NCBI GenBank assembly: GCA_028717685.1
Contig: JAQUNI010000001.1
Location: 548,062-612,061, forward strand
DNA from: Patescibacteria group bacterium
Lineage (GTDB): Bacteria; Patescibacteriota; JAQUNI01
Length of the DNA stretch: 64,000 nt
Reading direction: 5' to 3'
Shown here: piece by piece, positions 8,991-18,557 of the stretch
Numbering within the stretch: the stretch's first letter is position 1
Layout: every line of letters begins with the position of its first letter
The notes under the pieces: generated by a model
What the model was told of the DNA's origin: nothing
Seen by the model: only the letters and a program-made list of their open reading frames with translations
Databases searched by the model: none
Made by a program: the position numbers and the translations under genes

Positions 8991-11333
8991 TTAATAAGTC
9001 ACTTCCAAAAACGCTTTGTCAGTATGGTTCATAGAAAAAGTCAAAATTAAAAAATAACCCGGCTTATACATCGTCAATTGATAAGTCCCTTCATCCTGCG
9101 TTTTATAGCCCTGATTTTCAAGATAATCTTTTACCGCGGTCATATCGTCTTTGGTAACAATACGGTCAAATACATAACTGAGCATTGCTCCGCCCATATT
9201 GTCCGTCAGCTTGACTTGATCATTGTAAAGCTGATTCAAAATCGGCATCAACTCGTCGTGGATAGTCTGGCTCTTCTCATTAGTCGGTTCAACGGGGGTC
9301 TTCCCTTCGTAATTAATTTGCGGCCAAGTTCTTTTCGCGGTTGAAGTGTCGGTTGAATTTTGAAGCGGGGCGTCATAAGCAGAAACCGTAGGCGACTGCG
9401 GATAGAGAGTATCTTTAGAGCTGTTAAATGGGGCATAAACGGTAGTCTTTGCTTTTTTATAAAGAGAAAATTCTGGTTCTCGTTTTGTTAAATTGATTGA
9501 ATAGGGGACTACCCGCGCGCTTAAATCATTAGAAATAGCATAGGGCGTCATTATTTCCGTGACGATTTTATCATTATAATTTATAACCCAGCCAGCATTA
9601 TTTTTAACATTGCCGCTCGCGTCTAATTTTATCAGAAAACCGTCTTTATAATAGGTTATACTGCCATATGAAGCCGATTGAACTACATTAGTTTCGTATT
9701 CCCCGGCGATGATAGCCCCGCTATCCGCAGTCGCCTTCAAGACATAGTTGGCGGTTCCACGATGCGTATTGACCACTTTTGCCCAACTGATATTTAATTC
9801 TTGATCGGTTTTCATCATAAAAATGCCTTCACGAAAAGCATCCTGAACGGCTTTAATAGCCGCCTGAACTTTTTTCCAATCTTGCCGCGATTGTGCGGTT
9901 TTTTTGCTATCGTCTTTTAGTATTTCAGCTTCTCCATATTTTTCACTATACCATTTGCGCTGGACATTAACATTTTGAACTTTTGCTTGATAATCATCAT
10001 CAGCCCAAGTAATGGGGCCAACAAACATCAATTTACGGTCAGCTGTCGAAGAAACGGAAAAATTCAGCATCGGCACGCCAAATATATTAAAACCCAAAGT
10101 AATTTTTTTGACACGCTCCAGATTGCCTTCTGAATCAAATTTAAATCCTATTAAATAAGAATGGGGCAGTCCTGATTTCAGATCCATGCTGTCTGTCATC
10201 AAAGATAGTGCCGCGGATAAATTTCCCAGGACCAGATAGCCGTTGTCTTGCGTCTTAATTAGACCGCGGATATTACTGGCTCCCTGGCGCAACTTTTGAG
10301 AGCCGATTTCAAAGCCTCCGTCCGGATTCGGAACAGCCGCGGCCATTTCATAAGGTATGCCTTCAAGGCTTTTCGCCCATTCAAAATTAAAATTTTTATC
10401 AAATTTAGCTAATCCCGGATAAGTATCATAATTATAGGGAGGGTCTTTTTCTGAATTTGTTTCGGCGAAATTGCCCGCCAAGGCGTAACCGCCGTCGGGG
10501 GCCTGGATTAAATAAGAATCATTTTTGCGAGAAATAAAATTCTTTATATTTTTTGACCATTGAATGTTGCCGTTCTGATCAAATTGAAAAATTTTAAGCG
10601 ATGAGTAAGGTTGGTCATAATAAACCTCGCTGTCCTCTCCTCTTTTGTTGGGCGCCAGGTCGGTGATATTCGCGTAAAATAAAAGACCATTATCATTGGT
10701 TTCCAATAAAGAATTTTTCGCGTCTTCAACGAATGCATTGAAAGATTTGTTCCAAATCATATTGCCGTTCTTGTCTAATTTAGTAAGCAATATTTTATTC
10801 ACTTCTATTCCAGCATCAAATTCTTTGACTGTAATAAACCCCCAGACCTTAGAAGCCATTAAATATCCGCCGTTTTTCAGTTCAATAATCGATTGGACAT
10901 CTTCATCACCTCGAGGATTCAAAAGACTTCCGGCGCCGGGAGAGTTTTTAGTTTTCAAAAATTTCACCCACTGAATATTGCCTTGTTTATCAAGTTTGGC
11001 CACAAAACCATCCGGCGGGATAAACATGACATTGGGATTTGTCGTGCCGGAAACAATATAACCGCCGTCCTTAGTCGGCCAAGCGCCATTAATTCTCGTA
11101 GATACTAAGAGGCGATATGATTTTAAAAAAGTAGTATTGGGAAGAGGCATGGTCTTTAGTCCGGCAATAGGGAGAGCACGGCTTAACTTAGCGTCATCAA
11201 CAACCGGAATCTGATCATGAAAGAAATAAACCAAACTAAAACAGCTGGCTAATAAAACGATTAGCCCTAAAATTTTCCAGTTGCTCCTAATAAAAAAACG
11301 AATTTTTGCCATAACAATATTTTTCTGATTCAT
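8991..11333 (-). CDS. Secreted or membrane-anchored beta-propeller repeat protein (SBBP-like)
   Basis: 780 aa. N-terminal TM/signal segment. Repeated DGGY / NGN(I/M)xW motifs (KDGGYIVSGTT, KNGGYLMASK, APDGGYALAGNF, DQNGNIQW). Confidence 0.55.
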   Translation of the reverse strand: MNQKNIVMAKIRFFIRSNWKILGLIVLLASCFSLVYFFHDQIPVVDDAKLSRALPIAGLKTMPLPNTTFLKSYRLLVSTRINGAWPTKDGGYIVSGTTNPNVMFIPPDGFVAKLDKQGNIQWVKFLKTKNSPGAGSLLNPRGDEDVQSIIELKNGGYLMASKVWGFITVKEFDAGIEVNKILLTKLDKNGNMIWNKSFNAFVEDAKNSLLETNDNGLLFYANITDLAPNKRGEDSEVYYDQPYSSLKIFQFDQNGNIQWSKNIKNFISRKNDSYLIQAPDGGYALAGNFAETNSEKDPPYNYDTYPGLAKFDKNFNFEWAKSLEGIPYEMAAAVPNPDGGFEIGSQKLRQGASNIRGLIKTQDNGYLVLGNLSAALSLMTDSMDLKSGLPHSYLIGFKFDSEGNLERVKKITLGFNIFGVPMLNFSVSSTADRKLMFVGPITWADDDYQAKVQNVNVQRKWYSEKYGEAEILKDDSKKTAQSRQDWKKVQAAIKAVQDAFREGIFMMKTDQELNISWAKVVNTHRGTANYVLKATADSGAIIAGEYETNVVQSASYGSITYYKDGFLIKLDASGNVKNNAGWVINYNDKIVTEIMTPYAISNDLSARVVPYSINLTKREPEFSLYKKAKTTVYAPFNSSKDTLYPQSPTVSAYDAPLQNSTDTSTAKRTWPQINYEGKTPVEPTNEKSQTIHDELMPILNQLYNDQVKLTDNMGGAMLSYVFDRIVTKDDMTAVKDYLENQGYKTQDEGTYQLTMYKPGYFLILTFSMNHTDKAFLEVTY

Positions 11334-11666
11334 GCCGCTTTACCCAATTTGGAAATAATATTGCGATATATTACTTCCACTTCCTCTTTGTAAAGATAAC
11401 CTTCTCTTGCATAATTACTTACCAACGGAACAATAGTAATACCTTTATATTGATTTTTTGAGCAGCCCCACAGGGAACTTCACGTCGCTAAAGTCCCTTA
11501 AAACCTTGCGCCCGCCCGCCATGCCATGTATTGGCGGGTATGGTTTCAATACTTCCACAGCGGGGAAACTATTGTTTCCCCGACCCCCTTGCTTGGTTCG
11601 ATTCCTTTTAGATATTGAAAAGGCTATTTTCTATAACTGATTTTTTATTTTTAGATTGTTTATTAG

Positions 11667-11738
11667 TACCGCCACGGGGAATCGAACCCCGGTTTCAAGG
11701 ATGAAAACCTTGTGTCCTAACCACTAGACGATGGCGGC
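11667..11738 (-). tRNA. tRNA-Glu (anticodon TTC)
   Basis: rc is GCCGCCATCGTCTAGTGGTTAGGACACAAGGTTTTCATCCTTGAAACCGGGGTTCGATTCCCCGTGGCGGTA. Cloverleaf with anticodon loop TTTTCAT, T-loop GGTTCGATTCC and a 7-bp acceptor stem; CCA not encoded. Confidence 0.85.
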
Positions 11739-11974
11739 ATAGCAAGTGCAAAATTTAAAAATCCAAATTTAAAATTTAGGTAAATATACAAAGTGACTTT
11801 AGCATAGAGATTGAAATTTTTCAATAATTAAGATAGCGTGTAGATAAGTAATTTTTAATTTTGATTTTTTGATTTTTAGCTAATTTTTATTGAATTATTG
11901 TATTATTGTCTTGCTTATGATGGCAATAAAAATTAAGCAAATAAAAATTAGTTAAAAATTAAGAATTAAAAATT

Positions 11975-12985
11975 ATGTTGATCTTGGGTATTGAGACTTC
12001 TTGCGATGAAACAGCCGCGGCGGTGTTTCAAGATGGATGCAGAATTTTGTCTAACGTTGTTTCCTCACAAATTAAACTCCATACGCCTTATGGCGGGGTG
12101 GTGCCGGAAATCGCCTCTCGCGCTCATATGGAAAATATCATTCCAGTAATTCAAAAGGCTTTAGAAGAGGCTAAAGTAGAGGGAAAAGATTTGGATGCGA
12201 TCGCCGTCACCACGGGGCCAGGTTTGATTACTTCTTTAATGATCGGCGTGGATACTGCTAAAACCTTGGCTTATGCATGGGAAAAACCAATACTGGGCGT
12301 AAACCATATTGAGGGGCATATCTATTCAGTAAAGCTCAAAGCTCAAAGTTCAAAGCTCAAAAGTATAAAACTTCCGGCGATGTGCCTTACGGTTTCGGGA
12401 GGACATACAATGCTAGTTTTAATTAAAGAGTGGGGAAATTATGAGGTGATTGGCGAAACCATTGATGACTCTTGCGGGGAGGCCTTTGATAAAGTGGCTA
12501 AATTATTGGGCTTGGGTTATCCGGGCGGACCGATTATTGAAAAGCTGGCGCGAGGCGGCGGGAGACAGGCCTTTTCTTTTCCGCGGCCAATTTTAAATCA
12601 GGGTAATTTTAACTTCAGTTTTTCAGGCTTAAAAACCGCCGTGCTTTACCAAGCGCGTCGAATTAAGAAAATGGACAAAAAAGTTGTTCAAGATATTTGC
12701 GCCTCTTTTCAGGAGGCTGCCTTTGAAGTTTTAGTGATTAAAACTTTGCGGGCGGCGCGAAAATTTAAGGTCTCCACGATAATATTGGCAGGCGGCGTGG
12801 CCGCGAATCAAGCTCTTCAAAATTTTTTCAAAAAATCCTTGTCAGTTAATGATTACAAGTTACTTATTACTGATTTCCCTACTGATAACGCCGCTATGAT
12901 TGCAGGGGCGGCTTATCCGCGGGTATTAAAAGAAGACTATGATGACTGGCATAGTCTTCAGGCAGATCCTAACCTTAAACTCTAG
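11975..12985 (+). CDS. tsaD: tRNA N6-adenosine threonylcarbamoyltransferase TsaD (Kae1/YgjD family)
   Basis: Starts MLILGIETSCDETAAAV and contains the HIEGH metal-binding motif. Carries an in-frame low-complexity insertion VKLKAQSSKLKSIKL encoded by 7-nt tandem repeats at 12331-12370. Confidence 0.95.
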   Translation: MLILGIETSCDETAAAVFQDGCRILSNVVSSQIKLHTPYGGVVPEIASRAHMENIIPVIQKALEEAKVEGKDLDAIAVTTGPGLITSLMIGVDTAKTLAYAWEKPILGVNHIEGHIYSVKLKAQSSKLKSIKLPAMCLTVSGGHTMLVLIKEWGNYEVIGETIDDSCGEAFDKVAKLLGLGYPGGPIIEKLARGGGRQAFSFPRPILNQGNFNFSFSGLKTAVLYQARRIKKMDKKVVQDICASFQEAAFEVLVIKTLRAARKFKVSTIILAGGVAANQALQNFFKKSLSVNDYKLLITDFPTDNAAMIAGAAYPRVLKEDYDDWHSLQADPNLKL

Positions 12986-13083
12986 CTAATATTTATTTCG
13001 GATAATGAGGGGTAATAGTGAATCCCAAAAAGCTTCGCTTTTTTGAGAACATCGCTCCTTAAAATAAAGGCGATGAATATCAT

Positions 13084-14742
13084 TTAACTTACTCTTTTTA
13101 ATTCTTCCAGGGTGGTATCGCCCCGTATCACCTTGCGCAAACCGTCTTGGATCAAGGTAAACATTCCTCCTTGAATAGCCTCGCTGTAAATTTCTTCGGG
13201 CGCGCCGCGACTGGCGATTAATTTGCGAATTGTTCTGGAAATATGCATAATTTCAAAGATGCCGACCTGTCCTTTATAGCCAATATTTTCGCAAAGTGGA
13301 CACCCTTTGGACTTAAAGAGAGTTAATTTTTCTGGCAGGGGTATTTTATTTTGGGCGACTTTTTTAATTTTTTCATAAAGTTCCGGAGAGACATCGTAAG
13401 GCTTGCGGCACTCTTTGCAAAGAAGGCGTACCAATTTTTGGTTGATTAAAAGATTTAAGACGTTGGAGAGGTTTTGAGGGTCTGTGCCCATATTGGTGAG
13501 CTGCGTAATAATCTCGGGGGTAGAACCGGCATGGAGGGTAGAGAGGACTGTATGTCCGGTGGTGGCGGCACGAATGGTGATCTCCGCAGTTTCCGGATCT
13601 CTGATTTCCCCGACCATAATCACATCAGGATCTTGTCTCAACACGCCGCGCAGCGCCCGAGCGAAAGTGAGGCCTTCTCTTTCATTAATCTGGATTTGGG
13701 AAATCCCCTCAAGACGATATTCAATAGGATCTTCTAAGGTCATAATTTTAATTTCGGATGTCTTTCTGTGGCTTAAAAAAGCGTAAAGGGTAGTGGTTTT
13801 TCCGGAGCCTGTGGCGCCGGTGAGCAAAATCATCCCGCTAGTTTTACTAAGGTCGGTTTTTACTATCTCTAATTCTTCCTCGCTGATGCCTAAGTTTTCA
13901 ATCTTGAGCAGGTAATCACGATCAAGACCAAGCAGGCGCAGGGTAATTGCCTCCCCGTAATTAGTGGGCAGGGTAGAAATCCGAATGTCAATTTCCGCAT
14001 GATTGTGGTAAACAGTGAATCGGCCATCTTGAGGCATTTTTCTGACATTTAATTTCAGCCCCCCGATTAATTTTATTCGCGAAAGAAGACGGGGGTAAAT
14101 TTGAGGGGAGAAAGCAATAATGTCGCGCATAATTCCATCAATACGGAGGCGCAGAACCACTTCATTCTCTTTAGGCTCTAGATGGATGTCGCTCGCTCTT
14201 GCCCCAATGCCCCGCGCAATAAGGAGACTAATAATTTCTTCAGTATTTTTATTGATGAGAGCCGGCCCTAAGGCTTGCCAGGATTCCAGTTCCGAGGAGG
14301 CTCCCGCGATTAAATCCGAGGTGATTCTAATTTTTTCTTCTTCCGAAAGCGGAATTTTGATTTCACCAACCATGAGCGGATAAAGGGAAATGGCGTGTTC
14401 AAAACTGGCTTCCGAAACAAGGTAAATAATGCATTGATATTGTTTTTTCAATGTGTCAATAATACTTAAAGCGGCTTGGTTGTGAGGGTCAGTAATGCCC
14501 AATCTTAAAACATCCTTACTTTTATAGAAACAGATGATTTGGCCTTTTACGCTTTCAGCTTTGGAAATCAAAGTTAAAGCTTCAGATTCAATCGCCAGCT
14601 TTTGCAGATTAATGTAGGGTATTTTATTTTTTAACGCCAGGGCTTTAATCCTTTTTTCTTCAAAGCTAATGCTTTTTTCTTCCACGGTGCTGAAAAGTTC
14701 GGTAACATCTTGGGATTGTTGATTTTGAATATCTTTAGGCAT
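13084..14742 (-). CDS. Type II secretion / type IV pilus assembly ATPase (GspE/PilB family)
   Basis: 552 aa with a GspE N-terminal domain, Walker A GATGSGKTTTL, Asp/His boxes and a C-terminal CxxC…CxxC cluster. Confidence 0.9.
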   Translation of the reverse strand: MPKDIQNQQSQDVTELFSTVEEKSISFEEKRIKALALKNKIPYINLQKLAIESEALTLISKAESVKGQIICFYKSKDVLRLGITDPHNQAALSIIDTLKKQYQCIIYLVSEASFEHAISLYPLMVGEIKIPLSEEEKIRITSDLIAGASSELESWQALGPALINKNTEEIISLLIARGIGARASDIHLEPKENEVVLRLRIDGIMRDIIAFSPQIYPRLLSRIKLIGGLKLNVRKMPQDGRFTVYHNHAEIDIRISTLPTNYGEAITLRLLGLDRDYLLKIENLGISEEELEIVKTDLSKTSGMILLTGATGSGKTTTLYAFLSHRKTSEIKIMTLEDPIEYRLEGISQIQINEREGLTFARALRGVLRQDPDVIMVGEIRDPETAEITIRAATTGHTVLSTLHAGSTPEIITQLTNMGTDPQNLSNVLNLLINQKLVRLLCKECRKPYDVSPELYEKIKKVAQNKIPLPEKLTLFKSKGCPLCENIGYKGQVGIFEIMHISRTIRKLIASRGAPEEIYSEAIQGGMFTLIQDGLRKVIRGDTTLEELKRVS

Positions 14743-14863
14743 AATGTAGAAAGGTAAAATGTAAAGCGAAAAGTTTAAAGCAAAAATTCAAAATGCAAAA
14801 TATAAATATAGAAACACTAATTTATTTTACGCTTTTATTATACTCTTTTTATGGAAAACAAAA

Positions 14864-14908
14864 AGACCTTCCTTTTTCCACGCCTCTAGTCGTTATGTGG
14901 AAGGTCTG
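14864..14908 (-). terminator. Rho-independent terminator after the DHH-family gene
   Basis: Stem agaccttcc / ggaaggtct with an inner tccac/gtgga stem, followed on the minus strand by CTTTTTGTTTT. Confidence 0.5.
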
Positions 14909-14914
14909 TATATT

Positions 14915-16102
14915 TTAAGCGGGCAAGATTCCTTTAATTACATTCAGAATATCTTGTTCCATGTTGGCCAGAATACCTTCACTTTTCGTGAAAGAAATCA
15001 AATCATCGGGATTTTCTTTTACTTGGAAACCTTGTTCTTTAAATATCCTCTCAAGATTTTTCAAATCAATATTTTTATTCACCTTTTTGATTTTTAGATG
15101 GAAGGAGTTTGGCTTATCTTCCGCGAGGAGGAAGACGATTTCTGACTTCGCGGTATTATTTTTAAGATCAGATAAAATTTGATCCAGATGGGAAGCTTCA
15201 CTTTTTGATTTTTCAAAATCCACGGGAGAAAGGAGCGACCAGATTACTCTTTGTTCCGCCGCGGTTTTAAGACGCGCCAAGGTTCTTCCCCAAAGGCGGA
15301 GGTGAGATAAGGGACGCGTTTTATAAAAATGATGAATAATTATTTCCCTGTTCGCTCCCATCTCCACTAATTTGGCGGCGGTGGTAAAAGCCGCTGGCGT
15401 GGTGTTTTGGGCTTGGAAGCTCTCTGTTATGCCGATAATACCCGCTAATAGGCAGGTAGCGATTTCCGGGGTAATATTTTTAGGATCAAAAATTTGGAAG
15501 AGGGAAAATAGAATTTCCGAGGTAGAGGAGACAGCGGGCTCTGCGAGATTGATTTCGCCGAAATTTTCATTATTCGGGTGGCAGTCAATATTAACAAGAG
15601 GGGACTCATAGAAGATTTCCGCGTTTTCTTCATAAAGGCTGCCTAATTTTTCTAAGGTAGAAGTATTAAGAGTAATAATTAAATCGTATTTTGACTTCCC
15701 TTTTTTTGTTTCTATGTCGCGGGGTTCAAAGTAACCATTGCTGGGCGTAATATAGATATTCAGTTTATTATCCTTAATGCTATATTTAAACTGCTCTACC
15801 TTTGTTCGGCTGATATCCAGAGAAATAATAAAATCCTTGGCGCCTTTTAAATTAGATTTAAGGTCGGAGAAAGCAGGCAAAAAATCTAGGTCTTTCATTT
15901 TTTCCACTTGCGCTATCGGGTCGTTTTTTTTACCTATTTTATTCAGGAAGAGATGGAAGGCGAGGAGGCTAGACAGCGAATCAATGCTATTTTGAGCTTC
16001 GGCAATTAATAAGATTTCTTTGCTTGGCTCAATGATTTTTTTGATTTGTTCTTGGGAGGTGATTTCCATGGTGCTTTTGATTTTTTTGAAAATGTTTATC
16101 AC
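14915..16102 (-). CDS. DHH-superfamily phosphoesterase (NrnA-like), apparently degenerate
   Basis: 395 aa with DHH/DHHA1-like layout. Motif III reads CHP instead of DHH (VNIDCHPNN) and motif I lacks DxD, so catalytic competence is uncertain. Confidence 0.45.
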   Translation of the reverse strand: MINIFKKIKSTMEITSQEQIKKIIEPSKEILLIAEAQNSIDSLSSLLAFHLFLNKIGKKNDPIAQVEKMKDLDFLPAFSDLKSNLKGAKDFIISLDISRTKVEQFKYSIKDNKLNIYITPSNGYFEPRDIETKKGKSKYDLIITLNTSTLEKLGSLYEENAEIFYESPLVNIDCHPNNENFGEINLAEPAVSSTSEILFSLFQIFDPKNITPEIATCLLAGIIGITESFQAQNTTPAAFTTAAKLVEMGANREIIIHHFYKTRPLSHLRLWGRTLARLKTAAEQRVIWSLLSPVDFEKSKSEASHLDQILSDLKNNTAKSEIVFLLAEDKPNSFHLKIKKVNKNIDLKNLERIFKEQGFQVKENPDDLISFTKSEGILANMEQDILNVIKGILPA

Positions 16103-16269
16103 TTTAATTTATCGCATCTTATTAAAGGTGTCAAATAGGGTAAAATAAATTAAAATGCAAAATGTAAAATTATAATTAGAATTTTGTCATCTTCTTAATT
16201 TTTAGGTAAGATAAACAATGAAGCTTCGCGCTACATAGAGGCACAGAGAAGTAATTAAATAATAAAACA

Positions 16270-17061
16270 ATGAATCTTTGGCAAGTGATTATTTTAGGCG
16301 CTGTCCAGGGTGCTACGGAATTTATTCCGGTTTCCAGCTCGGGGCATTTAATTTTAGCGCTCCGATTTTTCGGTTGGGCGGACAGCGGCTTGAGTTTTGA
16401 TATAATTCTTCATTTTGGAACATTGGTGGCGATCCTTTTTTATTTTCGGGAAACTTGGCAAAAGCTGATAGTCGGATTTTTCAAATGGGAAGCAACTTCT
16501 CGGAAGCTTACTTTTGGAATTATAATCGGCACTATCCCTGCTGTAGTCGTAGGTTATTTTAGTGAAAAAATAATTGCTCAATATTTTCGTTCCGCTTTTG
16601 CCGTGGGGATTTTGATGATTTTGGTGGGTATAGGATTTATTACCATTGAATGGTGGAGAAGCAAGAAACAGGAAGCGCACGCGAAAGAAGTATTATCATT
16701 GAAAGATTATTTTGTTATCGGTTTGATCCAAAGTATTGCGTTGCTTCCTGGCGTATCGCGTTCTGGAACGACAATCGCGGCTGGGATGAGCCGCAAGCTC
16801 GCCCGCCGCGAAGCGGCCGAAGTCTCGTTCCTTTTGGCCGTTCCCGCGATTTTGGGAGCGACTGTTTATGATTTGGTAAAAAATTATAATATGTTGGTGG
16901 GAATTAAATTATCAATGTTGGCTATTGGTTTTTTGACTGCTTGTATTGTTGGCTATTTAAGTATTCGGTTTTTGATGTCCTATTTAAATCAGCATAAGCT
17001 CAATATATTCGCGTATTATTTATTCGTGGTTGGTTTTTTAGCAATTATTTTTAGCCTATGA
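16270..17061 (+). CDS. uppP: Undecaprenyl-diphosphatase UppP/BacA
   Basis: 263 aa polytopic protein with the EFIPVSSSGHL and PGVSRSG motifs. Confidence 0.9.
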   Translation: MNLWQVIILGAVQGATEFIPVSSSGHLILALRFFGWADSGLSFDIILHFGTLVAILFYFRETWQKLIVGFFKWEATSRKLTFGIIIGTIPAVVVGYFSEKIIAQYFRSAFAVGILMILVGIGFITIEWWRSKKQEAHAKEVLSLKDYFVIGLIQSIALLPGVSRSGTTIAAGMSRKLARREAAEVSFLLAVPAILGATVYDLVKNYNMLVGIKLSMLAIGFLTACIVGYLSIRFLMSYLNQHKLNIFAYYLFVVGFLAIIFSL

Positions 17062-17498
17062 GTTTAAAGCAAGCATTCCTGACTGACTCACCTGAAAAGA
17101 CAAAAAAGCTTGGCGAGATTCTCGCGCAAAGTTTGATGAGTAGCGTTCTGATTTGCCTTTATGGAGATTTGGGTAGCGGAAAAACTACATTTGCCCAAGG
17201 CTTCGCGGCTGGATTAGGTATCAGGGAAAAAATCACAAGCCCGAGTTTTGTCTTGATGAAAAGGTATTTATTAAAAAAGAAAGGTTTAAAATATTTTTAC
17301 CATTTTGATTGCTATCGTTTGCGCGAACCAGAAGAGATTTTGGCTTTGGGGTGGGAAGAAATTTTGGGGGATAATAATATTGTTTTAGTAGAATGGGCGG
17401 AGAAGATTCAAAAATATTTGCCGCAAGGGAGAATTGGAATAAGATTTGAGGTTTTAGGGGAGAGGAAGAGGGGAATTATAATAACGAATAACGCGTAA
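17058..17498 (+). CDS. tsaE: tRNA threonylcarbamoyladenosine biosynthesis ATPase TsaE
   Basis: 146 aa with P-loop GDLGSGKTTF and SPSF motif; start overlaps the uppP stop by 4 nt. Confidence 0.9.
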   Translation: MSLKQAFLTDSPEKTKKLGEILAQSLMSSVLICLYGDLGSGKTTFAQGFAAGLGIREKITSPSFVLMKRYLLKKKGLKYFYHFDCYRLREPEEILALGWEEILGDNNIVLVEWAEKIQKYLPQGRIGIRFEVLGERKRGIIITNNA

Positions 17499-17545
17499 TG
17501 AGTGAAGAGTTTTATTTGACATAAGAATTGATTTATGTTAAGATA

Positions 17546-17578
17546 AAAGAGCCTTATTGGGAGGCTCTTTTGATTAAT
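17546..17578 (+). terminator. Rho-independent terminator after tsaE
   Basis: Stem aaagagcc / ggctcttt, loop ttattgg, then TTTTGATT. Confidence 0.5.
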
Positions 17579-17615
17579 TCAGTTATTTTTGTTTTCAGAA
17601 TTGGAGGAAGGAAAG

Positions 17616-18404
17616 ATGGGGAAAATAGAGTATTTGTCCGTGTTGGATTTTGACGGGTGTTGCAACAGTCGGACCGGTGGACCTGGCGTGCCTTGGGATC
17701 TTAGTGGGATGGAGGGACTAGCCAAAACCATAGCCAAGGTTCCAGATAATTTTGGTGTTTGTCTACTCACCGGGCGCGGCGCGCAATACAGCTTGGCAGT
17801 TGCCGAAGCCTTGGGGCTTATCAAATATCATCCGGGGCTTTGGTCTGGATTTGAAGGCGGACTTATAATGGCGCAACATCTGCCTGATTGGCCGTGCGGA
17901 TACTCAAAGTGCGTAACAAAAGAGTATTTGGAAGCACGAGAGACTTTGGATATAACCCTTGCTTCGGCAATAAAAAAACGGGGCGGAAAACAAGAAAAAA
18001 AAGAGGTTTGTTTAACTTATAACCCGTCTCCAGACATGTCATTGGATGAATTGTTAGAATTAGCTAAGGAATTTGTCCGAGATCTAAGTTTGACTGAAAC
18101 AGTAAACTGCACCCGCACAAATTCCGCGGTGGACATCTGGCCCCTTGGAGGCTCCAAAGAAAATAATATCCTGGATCTATGCGATAAAAACGGCGTGGAT
18201 CCGAAAAATGTGCTTTATGTTGACGACGCCAAGGGGGGACTTCCTGTATTTGAGGTCGTTGGTTATTCCGGCGCGCCATATAATGCGCCAAAAGAAGTGC
18301 GTGAGGCGGCGAAGTTTCCGGCACCTAGTTATTCAGGGAGCGCGCCGTATGAAACGGCGTGGATTATTGAAACTTTTGTTGGATATATAGCAGTAAGGAG
18401 CTAA
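17616..18404 (+). CDS. HAD-superfamily phosphatase (subfamily IIB-like sugar-phosphate phosphatase)
   Basis: HAD motif I LDFDGC, Lys motif (WPLGGSKEN) and motif IV YVDDAKGG. ATG at 17616 has an RBS GGAGGAAGG; the track's upstream TTG start is unlikely. Appears noticeably GC-richer than its surroundings. Confidence 0.6.
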   Translation: MGKIEYLSVLDFDGCCNSRTGGPGVPWDLSGMEGLAKTIAKVPDNFGVCLLTGRGAQYSLAVAEALGLIKYHPGLWSGFEGGLIMAQHLPDWPCGYSKCVTKEYLEARETLDITLASAIKKRGGKQEKKEVCLTYNPSPDMSLDELLELAKEFVRDLSLTETVNCTRTNSAVDIWPLGGSKENNILDLCDKNGVDPKNVLYVDDAKGGLPVFEVVGYSGAPYNAPKEVREAAKFPAPSYSGSAPYETAWIIETFVGYIAVRS

Positions 18405-18429
18405 ATGAAAGAGCTCCTTTTTTATTTCT
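18397..18429 (+). terminator. Rho-independent terminator after the HAD gene
   Basis: Stem aggagct / agctcct, loop aaatgaaag, then TTTTTTATTT. Confidence 0.5.
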
Positions 18430-18557
18430 CAAATTTTAGCTAAAATGGTATGATAGGAATTAGAATTACGAAGTAGGAATCACGAATTATGAATTAAGAG
18501 CATCCAGAAGTTAGTTAAAGTTTATTGAAATTAAGAGTTTTATTGTTAAGTGAATTT

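Noticed and set aside
11595-11605. GGTTCGATTCC T-loop-like motif suggesting a third tRNA
   Set aside because: Flanks cannot form T, anticodon or acceptor stems (cttgg is not complementary to ccttt); no cloverleaf.
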